Below, piece by piece: positions 52,487 to 64,000 of a stretch of 64,000 nucleotides of DNA. Under the pieces are notes generated by a model that saw only the letters and a list, made by a program, of their open reading frames with translations, was not told where the DNA came from and ran no database searches. How positions within the stretch are numbered: position 1 is the first letter of the stretch; each line of letters starts with the position of its first letter. Origin of the DNA: Dipteris shenzhenensis. Lineage: Eukaryota. Position numbers and translations under genes: made by a program. The DNA is taken from the NCBI GenBank assembly GCA_047967505.1, contig CM106538.1; one strand, 5' to 3'.

Positions 52487-52599
52487 GTTTATGGTTGTAA
52501 TATTCAGCTGTCAAAAAGTGCAGCAAAGATATCCTTCCACCAAACTACCGAGGCCCACCTCTTGAGAAAGAGTGTGTGGTATCTTGGCAATGGAACCAA

Positions 52600-54193
52600 T
52601 GAAACCGGCGTCTAGGGCAGTGGAACTAAACCTTTAATCACTTCAGCACTTATTTATAGCTCACAAAGCATATATCACAACCATTAACCATTGCATGATC
52701 ACCATTTGGCATTTACCCATTTGTTCACAAACAAAACCACTGAAAAAGGGATGGAGGCTAGAATGCCCCTGCTCAACAAACATAGACAGGTGCACCCGAT
52801 TGGCCCCAAACACCGTGGCGCCCCTTTCGGTATTTCTTTATATTTCACAGTGAAATGATTACAAGTTGCATCTGGGAGACCTTCCCTGCAACTGAGCACG
52901 CAGCCCCAATTCACTAAGCCTTCGCAAGGCTTTCAAGCATAGAACACCATCACCACATAAGTGCACTTAACCCATAGGCTCAATCCAAAGGCATTCTCTT
53001 TTCCGAGTGCAATTTTATTGGCTGTCCAGATGCAATCACACTGCACCCCAGCTGCACTCTCTTTGAGTGGTTTCCAGATGGCATTCACAACGCTTTTCAA
53101 AGCTCGAAAATAAAATCAGCAAAGTACCCAACCAAAGAATGACTCATGTAGCACTGCCTGGGCACCTGTGAGCCAAGAAAGAGGCGGCACACGAGGCCAA
53201 CCAATAGCTTATGGCAAAAAGAAATTGGAGCAGCAAAATCACAACTCACCAAGCCCTGAGAACTCGAACCAAGTCCTCAATCGCCAAGAGGACATAGTAG
53301 CCAATGCCCACTTGCATTCTCAGCCAAAGAGGAGTGCAAAGGCATGAAGAAAGAGCATTTACAAGAGCCGACCAGCAAGAATTCCATTGAAAAATGCGAA
53401 AAGAAGCACTTCTGTCGCGAAGAAATGGGAGTTCTTGGGCTCAAAAGAAGCGTGCTTCAGAGAGGAATGCATTGAGAAGGTTTTGGAGAAGTTTAATCGC
53501 CAGAAAGTCCTCCAAAACTGAGAAAAACCAGTCAACCAGCGCGTGGGACCACTCGAAATTCAACAGAAAGCTGTAGCTTTGCAAGAGGAGAGGCCTAGGA
53601 GGCGGTAGAAGCAAAAAGGTCCAGAAAAAGCCACTTTTGCAAATTCGACCAGCAAAAGAAGTGCTCAGCTCTGCCCGTTCTACCAAACGCACGGAGGGAA
53701 AAGCATATCACTACGAAGGGGAGGCAGAGGGGAAGCCATCGGGCCAAACGGAAGTCGAGGAATCCGAACGGGTGAGGAGTTATGAAGAAAAACGGAATTC
53801 AGTTGAAGAAGGCTGAAAAACCAGTCCTAAATCTCAACAAAGGGAGAAGATGAGAGAGAAAACCACACATGTGAAGTTTAGAAGGCCCAGGAAGGTCCAG
53901 GAATGGCAAAGGAGCATGTAGAAGGTACTAGAGCCACCTGGAACTCTAGGGGGGCCACTGAAGGTACATGGCCCTCTAGGGGGCCCATTAAAAATGCCAC
54001 ACCATCATTTTCCAACAACCACTCTTTTAATCCCTTGGAATGCCTTTGGGCCTAGGGATTAATTATGCTTATGTGCTAGGCACCATGCCGCGTTTAATTA
54101 CACATTATTAAGCCCATGCTTGGACTTTTAAAACCAAAGTTGTCACGGTCTTGTAGTAGATTAAAGTACTTAGAATTTCATGCCCCCATGATA
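52600..54193 (-). repeat. 5' LTR of nested Gypsy
   Basis: Matches 45426-46876; followed on the minus strand by T-TGGTTCCATTGCCAAGA. Confidence 0.95.
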
Positions 54194-54198
54194 GTAGG

Positions 54199-54939
54199 GA
54201 ACTGCTCAAATGCTTTGAGATGGAAAATTGCAAAGTAGCAGTGACTCCCATGGAAACTGGTCTGAAGTTGAGTGTGCGTGATCCATCTCAGCCGGTTGAT
54301 TCATCACTATATCGACGCTTGGTGGGGAGTTTGCTTTACCTCTCCAATACCCGACCAGATATTTCCTTCGCAGTTGGATTGCACTATCAGTTCTCCGCCA
54401 CACCTAAGAAGGCTCATTGGGACGCAGGTATGAGGGTGCTAAGGTACTTGAAGGGTACCCGCACCTACGGCATCACTTATACCAAAGGCATTGAGTTGGG
54501 AAGTTTTTGTGATAGTGATTGGGCAGGTGACATTGATACCCGGAGATCGACCTCTGGATATTGTTTCTTACTCTCATCAGGAGCTGTGTCATGGCTGAGT
54601 AAGAAACAACCAACTGTCACCCTTTCATCTATAGAGACGGAGTAGAGGGCTTCTTATACAGCGGCATGTGAAGCATTGTGGCTTAGGTGGATCTTGGAGG
54701 ACATGAATGTGGCCCAAGAAGATGCAACTGTGGTTATGTGCGACAACCAGAGTTGCATAGCGATCGCCAACAACCCCGTGTTTCACGCATGGACAAAGCA
54801 CATCGAGGTCCACTACCACTTTGTTCGAGTACTCATCAACGAAGAAGTCATAGAGTTGATATACTGCCCGACCAACGACAACATCTCAGATGTCTTCACG
54901 AAGGTGCTTCCCAGAGAGCAGATGGAACACCTCATTTGA
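54199..54939 (+). pseudogene. Copia RT/RNase H remnant, 3' part
   Basis: YRRLVGSLLYL, TRPDISFAV, FCDSDWAGD, CDNQSCI, TKHIEVHYHF. Confidence 0.95.
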
Positions 54940-55539
54940 CGCATGGGGATCGGCCCACAGTGGTGTCATTGAGAGGGGGTGTTAGAAAAGTTACTGCCCC
55001 ACCTGTGAGCCCTCGTTTTGAGGGGACAAGGGGGCAGGATACTGTAGGGGGAAAGGGGCTAAGGCTAAGTAGCTGCATGGAGGACTGCGCCAGCAAGAGG
55101 ATTGCGCCAGCATGGTACGGAGGCACATGGAGCACTACAAGCAGCAGCAAAAGGCCACCAAAGGGGGACTATTTATAGGCCAGATCAGCCAGGTCTGGTC
55201 GGCCCAGATACAGCCCCAAAAAGGGCCTTGACCAGGTCGGTTTTTACAGACTGGACCGACTGGAAAAGTCGGCTAGTTCTAGGGGCTGCCTGCCCTGCTA
55301 TATAGACCCCCTCCCTCCCCACACTTTTCTCATCACCTACACTTTTCTCTCGTTGTGGCAGGGGGTGACATCTCCGTGAGGTCTGTATCCGGTGGGCCAT
55401 ATCAAGGGTGACACCTTGGCTCGGACGCGGTCCCATCTGAGTAGAGCAGTGATGGGCTGGACCTCTATTGTGCGTCTTCTAATCTTGATCTCTGTGTTAT
55501 TGGCTCCACTGCTTCGTGCCGTCTCTTCTTGTTGATACA

Positions 55540-58335
55540 TTGTTGATACATTCTTGACTTCAGAGATGATTCCACTCTACTGCCAGATATTGACCTTGAG
55601 GACGCAGGTATGCTACGGGTTTCGGTTGCCAGGCGAGGTCCATTCTCATCTTATGGGTAGGCCCTATTAGACCTCGGCAGGATACATGATCTCATTATCT
55701 ATAATGGTCTTGACAGATGGCCTGCTTCAGGTGGTTTCACATGCTTTCCACATGGGGGGGGGCTCTAGTGTTGTTGATTACATCATGGGATCCCCTGTCT
55801 TCACATCTCGCAATACTGACTTCATTGTAGCACCTCTCTCCTCAGGGGCTGATCATACATACCTTTTTTTTAGCATCTTCGCATAGCACCTTCCACCCCA
55901 CTCAGTGCTTACTCCACCTACCACGATATACGCTTTGATCGGGATCACTCACCTTCTTACTCTGGCCGTCTGTACATACTTCTCGCTTATATTGACTTCA
56001 TACCCCTTTTAGAGGATCGTGCTGCCCTTGTCACCCGCTCACCACACAAGGTTGCCATTCACGCTTTCCCCCACACCACCCGCTCCACCCGCCCACCACC
56101 CCCTTAAACCGCACCCTGTGATAGTTGGTACGATGATGAGTGTAAGGCTTTACGCCGTCAACTCGATCTGGTTTGATTATGCACGCACACTTTATGACAT
56201 CTCATATTAGCCAGTCCCTAACCTCTCACACATGCCTCATCCCACATCCTGCACCCTCTTCACTAGAGGAGGGGTAAAGGATGCCGTAATGAAACTTCAT
56301 AATGGCCGAGCGAAGGATCATGAGGGGCAATGAACTGAGTTCATTGCATATGGGATTAACCTCCTAGCCCCGATCTTAGCAAAGCTTTTTAATGAAGCTG
56401 TTTGTTTGGGATTTCCACACACTTGGACCATTAACACTATCTCACCCATCCACAAGGCAGGGGATCCCATGAGCCCGGAGAATCTAGATTTTGCTCTACG
56501 CAGATGATGTGGCTCTCTTGTCTTCCTCAGTAGAGGGGCTTCAGAGACACCTAGATGCACTACAGTCCTTTTGTGAGTCTCATGATTTGAAGATCAACCT
56601 GGGTAAAACCAAGGTCATGATCTTCAATACATCTCGAGCCATCATGCGTCAGGAGCAGCTCACATTTGCGGGGTCATCTGTTGAGATAGTTTCATCATAC
56701 ACTTATCTTGGGGTTATCTTCTCCGGACCTAGCTTCACTATGAGACCCGCGATGTAGGCACGCTTGAGTAGAGGGTATGCTTCATTGGCCCGACTAGAGA
56801 GACAGTGCTTCCGCTCGCACTTTCAGGATCCACGCACCAAGGGGTTTTTTTTGACTCCTCGGTTCACCCAGCGGGGATGTACGGCAGCCCTTGTTGGGGG
56901 CTATACTTGTCGGATACAGAGTGGGCCTGTGTGGAGTGGCTATAGGTTCTCATGTTATCACGGATGATTCGTGTTAAGTCATCCTTTCCTCACCAGAGAT
57001 CATTTAGGTTGAGTTTGAGTCACCCCCTTTACAGCTAGATCGTGCATTTCAGGTCATCACGTATCTGTACCGAGTTAGGGAATATGGGGATTATACCTCG
57101 GGGCATAGCAGGCTACCATGGATAGCTCTATCCTCTTCTATGCCACTTGCAGCAGGAGGAGACCAGAGGTGCTGGTATGCATGTACAGAGAGATGGTTTG
57201 AGTGATTGGGGCTCCACATGGATAGACTACCTCCCTTCCAGAACAGCATGGATGCTTCGTTTTCTCCCCTCTTATCACACGAGGTCAACCAGGTTATCCG
57301 TGAGGATCTACTACAGCTACACACATTTCGGACTTGGTTGGGACCGAGTGAACTCCCAGTGAAGCTTAGCTTCTACAGAGATCACTTCTTATATATCACA
57401 GTGGAGGGTTTCATTGACCCACCAGGATACATGCAGATTCATCTACACCGAGGATCTCTCTTGGGTAGTTCCAGGTCTCTTCACACAAACTTTGCATCGA
57501 GAGCGATAGAGCAGAGTGACTACCCAGGGAGAGGTGCATATGCACATTGTGTGACATGCAGGAGGTTGAGACAGAGGAGCATTTCATCTTCAGGTGTCCT
57601 GTGTACTATGAGATCCGACGGCGTTTCCACTGCCTCTCAGGGATAGTTATGGAATTTTGGCCTGTTTCCTCTCCTACCCAGACCAATGGTGTTTGGCAGG
57701 TTTCATTCATGAGGCACTTAGACACCGTGAGAGGATACTGCGAGCACAGAGACAGGAGCGGACTTCTTCCTCGGCTGATCCCACTCAGAGCTCTATCACG
57801 GAGTTCTTTCAGCTAGATCACATGGACTCCACGAGATGAGGCCTCGACATGACTGTGACTCGGAGCCTGTGACTCGATAGCTCAGACAGTGGGTCGACAC
57901 ACAGATCACACTTGGGGACATCCCCTCCTTGTTTAGAGTTGGAGCCCGACCGACGGGGGTCACAGTAGCCCTGGTTAGACGTAGAGCTACGACCAGGAGA
58001 CGTGCCAGGATGGCACCTCTGAGTGGCCGACAACACTCTATTGCCGACTTCATGCCTCCACTGCCTCATCCATCTTGATATCTTGCTGCTGCCGATGATG
58101 ATGATGATATTGATGACGATGCTGAGATTGATATATAGTCGACCATCGACATGACTATGTTGTACTTAGGACTTAGTACTGCCATTTTGCATTTTTGCAT
58201 TTTGCACTGGTATGGATGCTGGTTTAGTAGCTCCACTACCACAACTTGTTGTATCAGGATTTTCACAGTCTCATAGACCCATCGGTCGTCCGAAGACTTT
58301 AATAAACTTTCTTTCTTTCTTTCTTTCTTTCTTTC
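55540..58335 (+). mobile_element. LINE remnant (RTE/RTEX-like) with (TTTC)n tail
   Basis: SSVVDYIMGS (EN C-terminus), IHKAGDPMSPEN, LLYADDVALL...LQRHLDALQSFC...KINLGKTKVM, YTYLGV, CDMQEVETEEHFIFRCPVY; AATAAA then (TTTC)n at ~58302-58335. 5' end approximate. Confidence 0.85.
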
Positions 58336-59402
58336 ACAAGATACACTCAATTTAAAAAATGTAATACCTCTCACTGTAGGACATCATTTTGAACCAAAAG
58401 AAAGCTCTCTTCACCCTCTACAAGGTCGGATAGAAAGAAGGAATAGGAGCAACACTAATGGACTGCTAATAAACTAACCCTTAGTGGTAGCCTTTGTCAT
58501 GGTTGAGTCTGCCCTTCACCTCTGGAGTGCTGACAGAAACTCAATACAAAGACTTTGTACAAATGGATGCTCAAGTATGTGTGGGTGTGTGGTTTTGTAT
58601 CTGTGAGAGCATATGTTTATACTATGGTCTATAACCAGTGTTGGGTGTTGATGATGTCAGTGTGGAGGTCATAGTAGCTAGTCCCTGCTATGCATGATGA
58701 AGTTTATGGTTTTCAACCTTATGAGTGACTATCATGAGATTGAAACTGCACTATGTTGTGTTTTTAGAGGATGAGTTTGGGCATGTTCCTGAACTCAAAC
58801 TAAGCTTGAAAGAAATACGAGGCTGATTGAGAGGGGAGGCTCTGATACCGCGTTGAAACATGAGTACCTTAGGTGTGCTTAAAACTAATCTAAGGTGGAT
58901 GCATCCTAAGCAAATGAGGAACATCAAACTAAGTAGGGATAGACTCAAGCTCAATTTAGAAAGACTTGAAAGCTTGCATATATTATTGCATGAAAATGAT
59001 CTACCTTTTAAAAGAGTGGAGTACATATTTGCACAGCTTGCTCACATTGGGACAAAGCCCCCTTGACATGTGGTAGCATGTTCTTGCCTTCATACCTTTA
59101 CTCATACCTTGCCTCTATTCTTGTGGTGATAGCTCCCTGCCCATTTAAAAAGGGCATACTCTCATGGATGCCGCTTGGTTCAAAAGGTCTATGTTAAGAA
59201 GCTCTACAATCGTGTAAACCTTGGTTGTCTCCATGTTCTATTTCGCACACCCATCTTTGCCTTGTTCTCCAAGATCAGCCATTGTAGGTGCTTCTGCGAC
59301 AAATGCATGCCACATGGCTGTTGCGCAACCGAGTCCAAATATAAAAGTGTAATTGAGCGACCCACAACCAACATCAAATATCAACTAAGGCTTGTACAGA
59401 CA

Positions 59403-62400
59403 TGTTATGACCCCTTCCTTCCCAAATGTGAGCCATTCTCTTACATATGATGCACCCAGTTTTGAAACATAATTTTGCATACCTAAGCTCCATTTACCAA
59501 ACAAAGCCATTCAACTAACAGGCCTTGTTGTACATCTTCCAGGTATCATATCCCCCAACTGGCTTCTACAAATTCAGCCAATTCTTTTGTAGATCTGTGC
59601 TGAGTCACCATTTCCATACCAGCTACAAATTCCAAAACTATTGACATTGCACATCTGGAAAACTTGACAACTTAGTTGTCATAGGCCTCTGCAGCCCATG
59701 GCATGCCTGCCTACATGGCAATCCTGCAGTCCACAGGAGCAGACAGCAGGCCTGCAACAGCAGATTAGGTCCACGTGGCCTCTGCAGCAGGTACAGGTGC
59801 AGGATAGGTATGCAGATTGTAGGCCATCTTCTCCCAGTTCTAGTGATGCCCTATGGGCCCTGGTATGTGCCTTGTAAGCATAGTTATAAGCACTTAGTTT
59901 ATTTTGTGCCTCTTATGCCACATAGGACACTTAGTCCTATGTGACACCTAGGACACTTAGTCCTAGGGTCTAGGTACAAGTACTATGTACTTCTCTTTTC
60001 TTGATACACTGCTGTTCATCTATCGACTCTTTGTACCTTGCACTCTCTCTTTCATTTATCGATCCTATAGTGGTATCAGAAGCATTATTAGCACATGTGA
60101 CAGTTCCTCCTTGAGGTGCATCAGCCAAGGAATGAAACAACTGTCTGCAAGATGTGACGTGCTTGGGAGCACCACTATCAAAATACCAAGACTGAGCATC
60201 ATTAGCAGTAAAGAGTGCATCAACTTTGGAGGGATCAAATGAACAATGGACGGCCCATGCCCAATCATCCTGGAGAGCATGTGCATGTGAAGCATCTGCT
60301 GGCTCGTGGGATTCAATTGCATGTGAGGCATTAACTGTCAATCCTACTTTCTTTTTCTTCGAAGCAATGCGCTTCCTGCATTCTGAAATGTCATGTCTAG
60401 GCTTGCGACAATAGTTGCATCTTTTCTTCTTTGACTTATTTGCTGTAATTTTAGATGCATGGGCTTGCCCATAGGCTTGGAAGCCTTGCCTCTTCCTGGC
60501 TGTAAAGCAAATGCATGATCAGGAATAATGGCTTGTCTATTAGCTCAACTTTGCTCTTCCTGCAAAAGCAATGTGACTAGCTGATCAAAAGAGTAGTGGT
60601 CTGGATTACCCATGGCCACTAACCGAAGGGTTGTAGCAAACCCTTGATATGAATCTGGCAATCCATTCAATGTGATACTGACAAGCTGAGAATTTGGCAC
60701 CACCTCATCAATACTGGCAAGTTGTTCCATGAGGTCCTTCACCTTTGTCAGATATGCATCCATAGAATCACCTTCATTCATACTGACTTCCTGCACTGTC
60801 TTCTTAAAAATGCAACACGTGCCTCATTGCGAATCTGATAAAGAGAAGCCAATTTGTCCCAAGCATCCTTTGCTATCTTGCAAGGCCGGATGTGTGGAAT
60901 AATGATTCTCTTGCATGATAAAGCAATGCAAGAATGTGCATTTGCATCTTTTGCATCCCATCTTGTCACTTTGACAAATGTTCTTTTTGTGCTTGGAATT
61001 GAAGTCAACTTGATTTCAATTTCAGCAATTGCCACTTTAGGTTTCAGAGTGATTTTTGATGGATACAGATGCCTAGTGTATGATCTTCGTGATGACAATG
61101 CCATAGTTCTCACTGGCACTTTGCAAAAGGGACTTTATCACCTTGATCATCGCTCAGCTGCTGTTGAAGCATTTACTATTTCAGATTCACAACTTGCTGA
61201 AACTCATCTTTGGCATGAGAGAATGGGTCATCTCAATTATAGAGCTCTTGCAAAGCTACATTCACAACAGATGGCAGATGATGTACCTCAAACTCACACA
61301 GTTTCCAAACATGTGTGTGAGGGTTGTCTTTTGGATAAGATGCATCGGTTTCCTTTTTAAAAGAATTGTCCAAAATTCTCACAAAGGAAATTGCAGCTAG
61401 TACACAGTGATGTCTGTGGCCCAATGAAGACAACTTCCATTGGAGGGTACAAATATTTCATGACTCTCATTGATGACTTCACAAGATATTGCTGGGTATA
61501 TCCTTTAAAAGCCAAATCTGAAGTGTTCTTATGCTTTTAGCGGTGGCTGAATATGGTTGAGAATGAATCAGGATGCAAGCTTGTCACCCTCAACACAGAT
61601 AGGGGGGGAGAATATATGTCAAAGGAGTTTGATGCATTTTTGTCTTCACGGGGCATTGTTCACTCATGCACTACTCCTTACACTCCTCAGCATAATCCTA
61701 TTCTTGAAAGGAATAACAGGTCTACTATGGAGATGGCCAGATGCATGCTTAAGGACAAGTCTTTGCCCAATAAATTTTGGCTTGATGCAGTGATGTGTGC
61801 CAACTATAAGCTGAATAGATCACCTATAAGGGCATTGAAGACTGTTACACCTTATGAAGCATGGAAAGGCAGGAAGCCTTCACTTTCACACATGAGAGTT
61901 TTTGGGTCTCTTGCATATGTTCATGTACCATCTCAGCTGAGACATAAGCTTAATGATAAGGCAATCAAATGCATATTTATTGGTTACAGTCAGGAGAGCA
62001 GAGGATATAGGCTATACCAACCCAATATTGGGAAGATTATTGTGAGTAGAGATGTAATCTTTGCTGAACATTCGGCTTCTTCTCTTGTGGACTGCAAAGC
62101 TAAACCATTCGGCTTCTTCTCTTGTGGACTGCAAAGCTAAACCAGAAGTTGACATGTTTAATGCCTTTGAATCTTGGTTACCTCTGCCATCCTCAGAAGA
62201 GGCCTTTGATCAACAGCATGAGCCTCCTGCAGGCCCTCCAACAAGCAATGATCAGCCAGTACCCCATGCTGATTTGCAGGTTTCTCTTCCAGCACAAAAT
62301 GATCCCACTATTCATGATGTAGTGATTGAAGAAAGAGCTGTCAATAGACAGGAAAGGCAAGTTCCCAGATGGCTTCTTGATACATTGAGGGACGCAAACA

Positions 62401-63914
62401 AGATCAGCCTTTTGCTGCCCGGACAAGGTCAGGGAATAGACAGATGCATGGTCACTTTCTTGAGTTTGCACTCCTTGCTACAGCTTGCAATGAAGAGCCT
62501 TTGTGTCATAAAGATGCTTTTGACAGCAAAGAGTGGATGGATGCAATGAGAGCTGAGTTACAATCCATTGCAAAAAATGACACATGGGAATTAGTAGATC
62601 TCCCTCCCGGCAAGCATGCCATTGGTACGCAGTGGGTCTACAAATTAAAAAGGAAATCTGATGGCAGTATAGATCGACACAAAGCCTGTCTTGTTGCAAA
62701 AGGGTATGCCCAACAACAAGGCATTGATTTTGAGGAGACATTTGCTCCCACATCCAGGATTACTAAGAAAAGAAAGAGTATCCCAAGGTTGAAAAGAAAG
62801 GGTTTCAGTCTCAGAAGCCGAGGGTACTCAGTTTTCAAAGTCATATAAAGGCAAATCCCCATTCACTCCTGAACAGATAGCTGAATTCCGCAGAGATGGG
62901 AAATGCTTTAGATGTGGGAAAGAGGGGCATATGGCTGCCCAGTGACCTGAGAAGCCTTCAGGTTCTAAGGAGCAGAAAAAGCCACAAGTACCACTGAGGC
63001 CAATGGTGGGAGCAGTCCCAGATGTTTTGGGTAGTACCTCAGACCCAAAGGAAAAAGAGCTTTTGCTATCATGGGGAAAGATAAGAGATCAGCAAGCATT
63101 AATCCTATTTGATCCACGGTCTACAGACAATTCCATTAGATGTGTCATTGCCATTGCAGCCCATCACCATTGGCAAGTGCACCAACTTGACATCAAGACT
63201 GCTTTTCTTCACGGGGATCTACAGGAAGAAGTCTATGTCACACAACCTCTTGGCTTTGAGGTTGTTAATTCTGAAAACAAGGTATGCTAGCTTAGAAAAG
63301 CCCCTTATGGTTTGAAGCAGGCACCCAGGGCATTGGTATGCCAAAATTCATGCACACTTACTATCCCTTGGTTTTCAGAATAGCCCCATAGAACCCACTC
63401 TTTATGTCCGTGGGAGTGGATTTGATTTTTTCGTGCTGATTTTGTATGTGGATGATATGCTCATCACGGGCCCAGATACTCAGCAATTTGCAGCTTTCAA
63501 GGCTGATTTGCAGCAGGTTTTTGAAATGTCAGACATGGGACAGCTCCACTAATATTTAGGCATTCAGTTTGCTCATGTTGAGGGGGGTATCATGATGTCA
63601 CAGTCCAAGTATATTGGACAGCTCCTTGATCGTTTTCAGTTCGAGGATGGCAAGCCAATCTCTACTCCAGTGGACCCTGGCTTCAAATTTTCAGCTCATG
63701 ATGGGAGCCCGCCCACCATGTGATATCATTCTTTATCAGCAGGCTGTTGGATGTCTCATTTACTTATGTCACACTAGACCTGACTTCGAGTATGCAGTAT
63801 CTCAGCTCAGCAGATTCATGCACATGCCCAGTTCACAGCATTGGTAGGCAGTGAAGAGAGTCTTCAGATATCTCAGAGGCACTCATGATTTAGCCCTCTT
63901 CTATGGTGACCAGG
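59403..63914 (+). mobile_element. Rearranged Ty1/Copia remnant (putative 5' LTR ~59403-60069, Met PBS, inverted gag-PR, INT, RT)
   Basis: TGGTATCAGA at 60071-60080; plus-strand [53 protein letters not shown]; gag/PR on the minus strand 60081-60961. LTR start is inferred. Confidence 0.88.
62765..63132 (+). mobile_element. Gypsy gag-CCHC/protease fragment embedded in Copia RT
   Basis: KCFRCGKEGHMAAQ* and LLSWGKIRDQQALILFDPRSTDNSI interrupt Copia APTSRIT|IRCVIAIAA. Confidence 0.8.
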
Positions 63915-64000
63915 GTAACACTCAAGAAATGAACGAAAATTTCTCAAGAATGACAGAAATTTTCTCTTAATGAAAGAGAATGACATTCTCAAATGTGGCT

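Larger units (their letters stand above)
45426..54193 (-). mobile_element. Ty3/Gypsy chromovirus-type LTR retrotransposon nested in Copia RT
   Basis: LTRs 45426-46876 and 52600-54193; perfect TSD GTAGG (45421-45425, 54194-54198); PPT at 46877-46889; gag, PR, RT (FFDDII), RH, INT and chromodomain. Confidence 0.98.
40921..55340 (+). mobile_element. Ty1/Copia LTR retrotransposon interrupted by nested Gypsy
   Basis: 5' LTR 40921-42066, Met PBS 42067-42078, gag (KLDGLNYPIWK), CCHC, WYVDNGASKH protease, integrase, RT to 45425 resuming at 54199, RNase H (FCDSDWAGD), PPT GAGAGGGGG, 3' LTR from 54980. Right end uncertain. Confidence 0.95.

Noticed and set aside
45535-53692. Apparently duplicated small genes (71 aa and 98/83 aa ORF pairs)
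   Set aside because: They are simply the two copies of the same LTR.
63915-64000. Abrupt switch from Copia RT to A-rich sequence
   Set aside because: Probably the start of another insertion, but too little sequence at the window edge to call.

Overview
Eukaryotic, repeat-dense plant genomic DNA, most likely a fern or other non-seed vascular plant (inferred from the PPR motif types). One recognisable host gene: a PLS-class PPR gene on the minus strand (9717-11786), followed by a decayed, out-of-frame E+/DYW deaminase remnant. Almost everything else is a nested transposon graveyard: a small gag-only LTR element sitting in a (GT)n tract, at least four Ty1/Copia remnants, two near full-length chromodomain Ty3/Gypsy elements with both LTRs and target-site duplications, three LINE remnants, an endonuclease-carrying Helitron (Helentron-like) split by a Copia insertion, and a tRNA-like SINE candidate. 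No prokaryotic features, rRNA or CRISPR arrays. All family calls come from reading motifs by eye; no database search was run.
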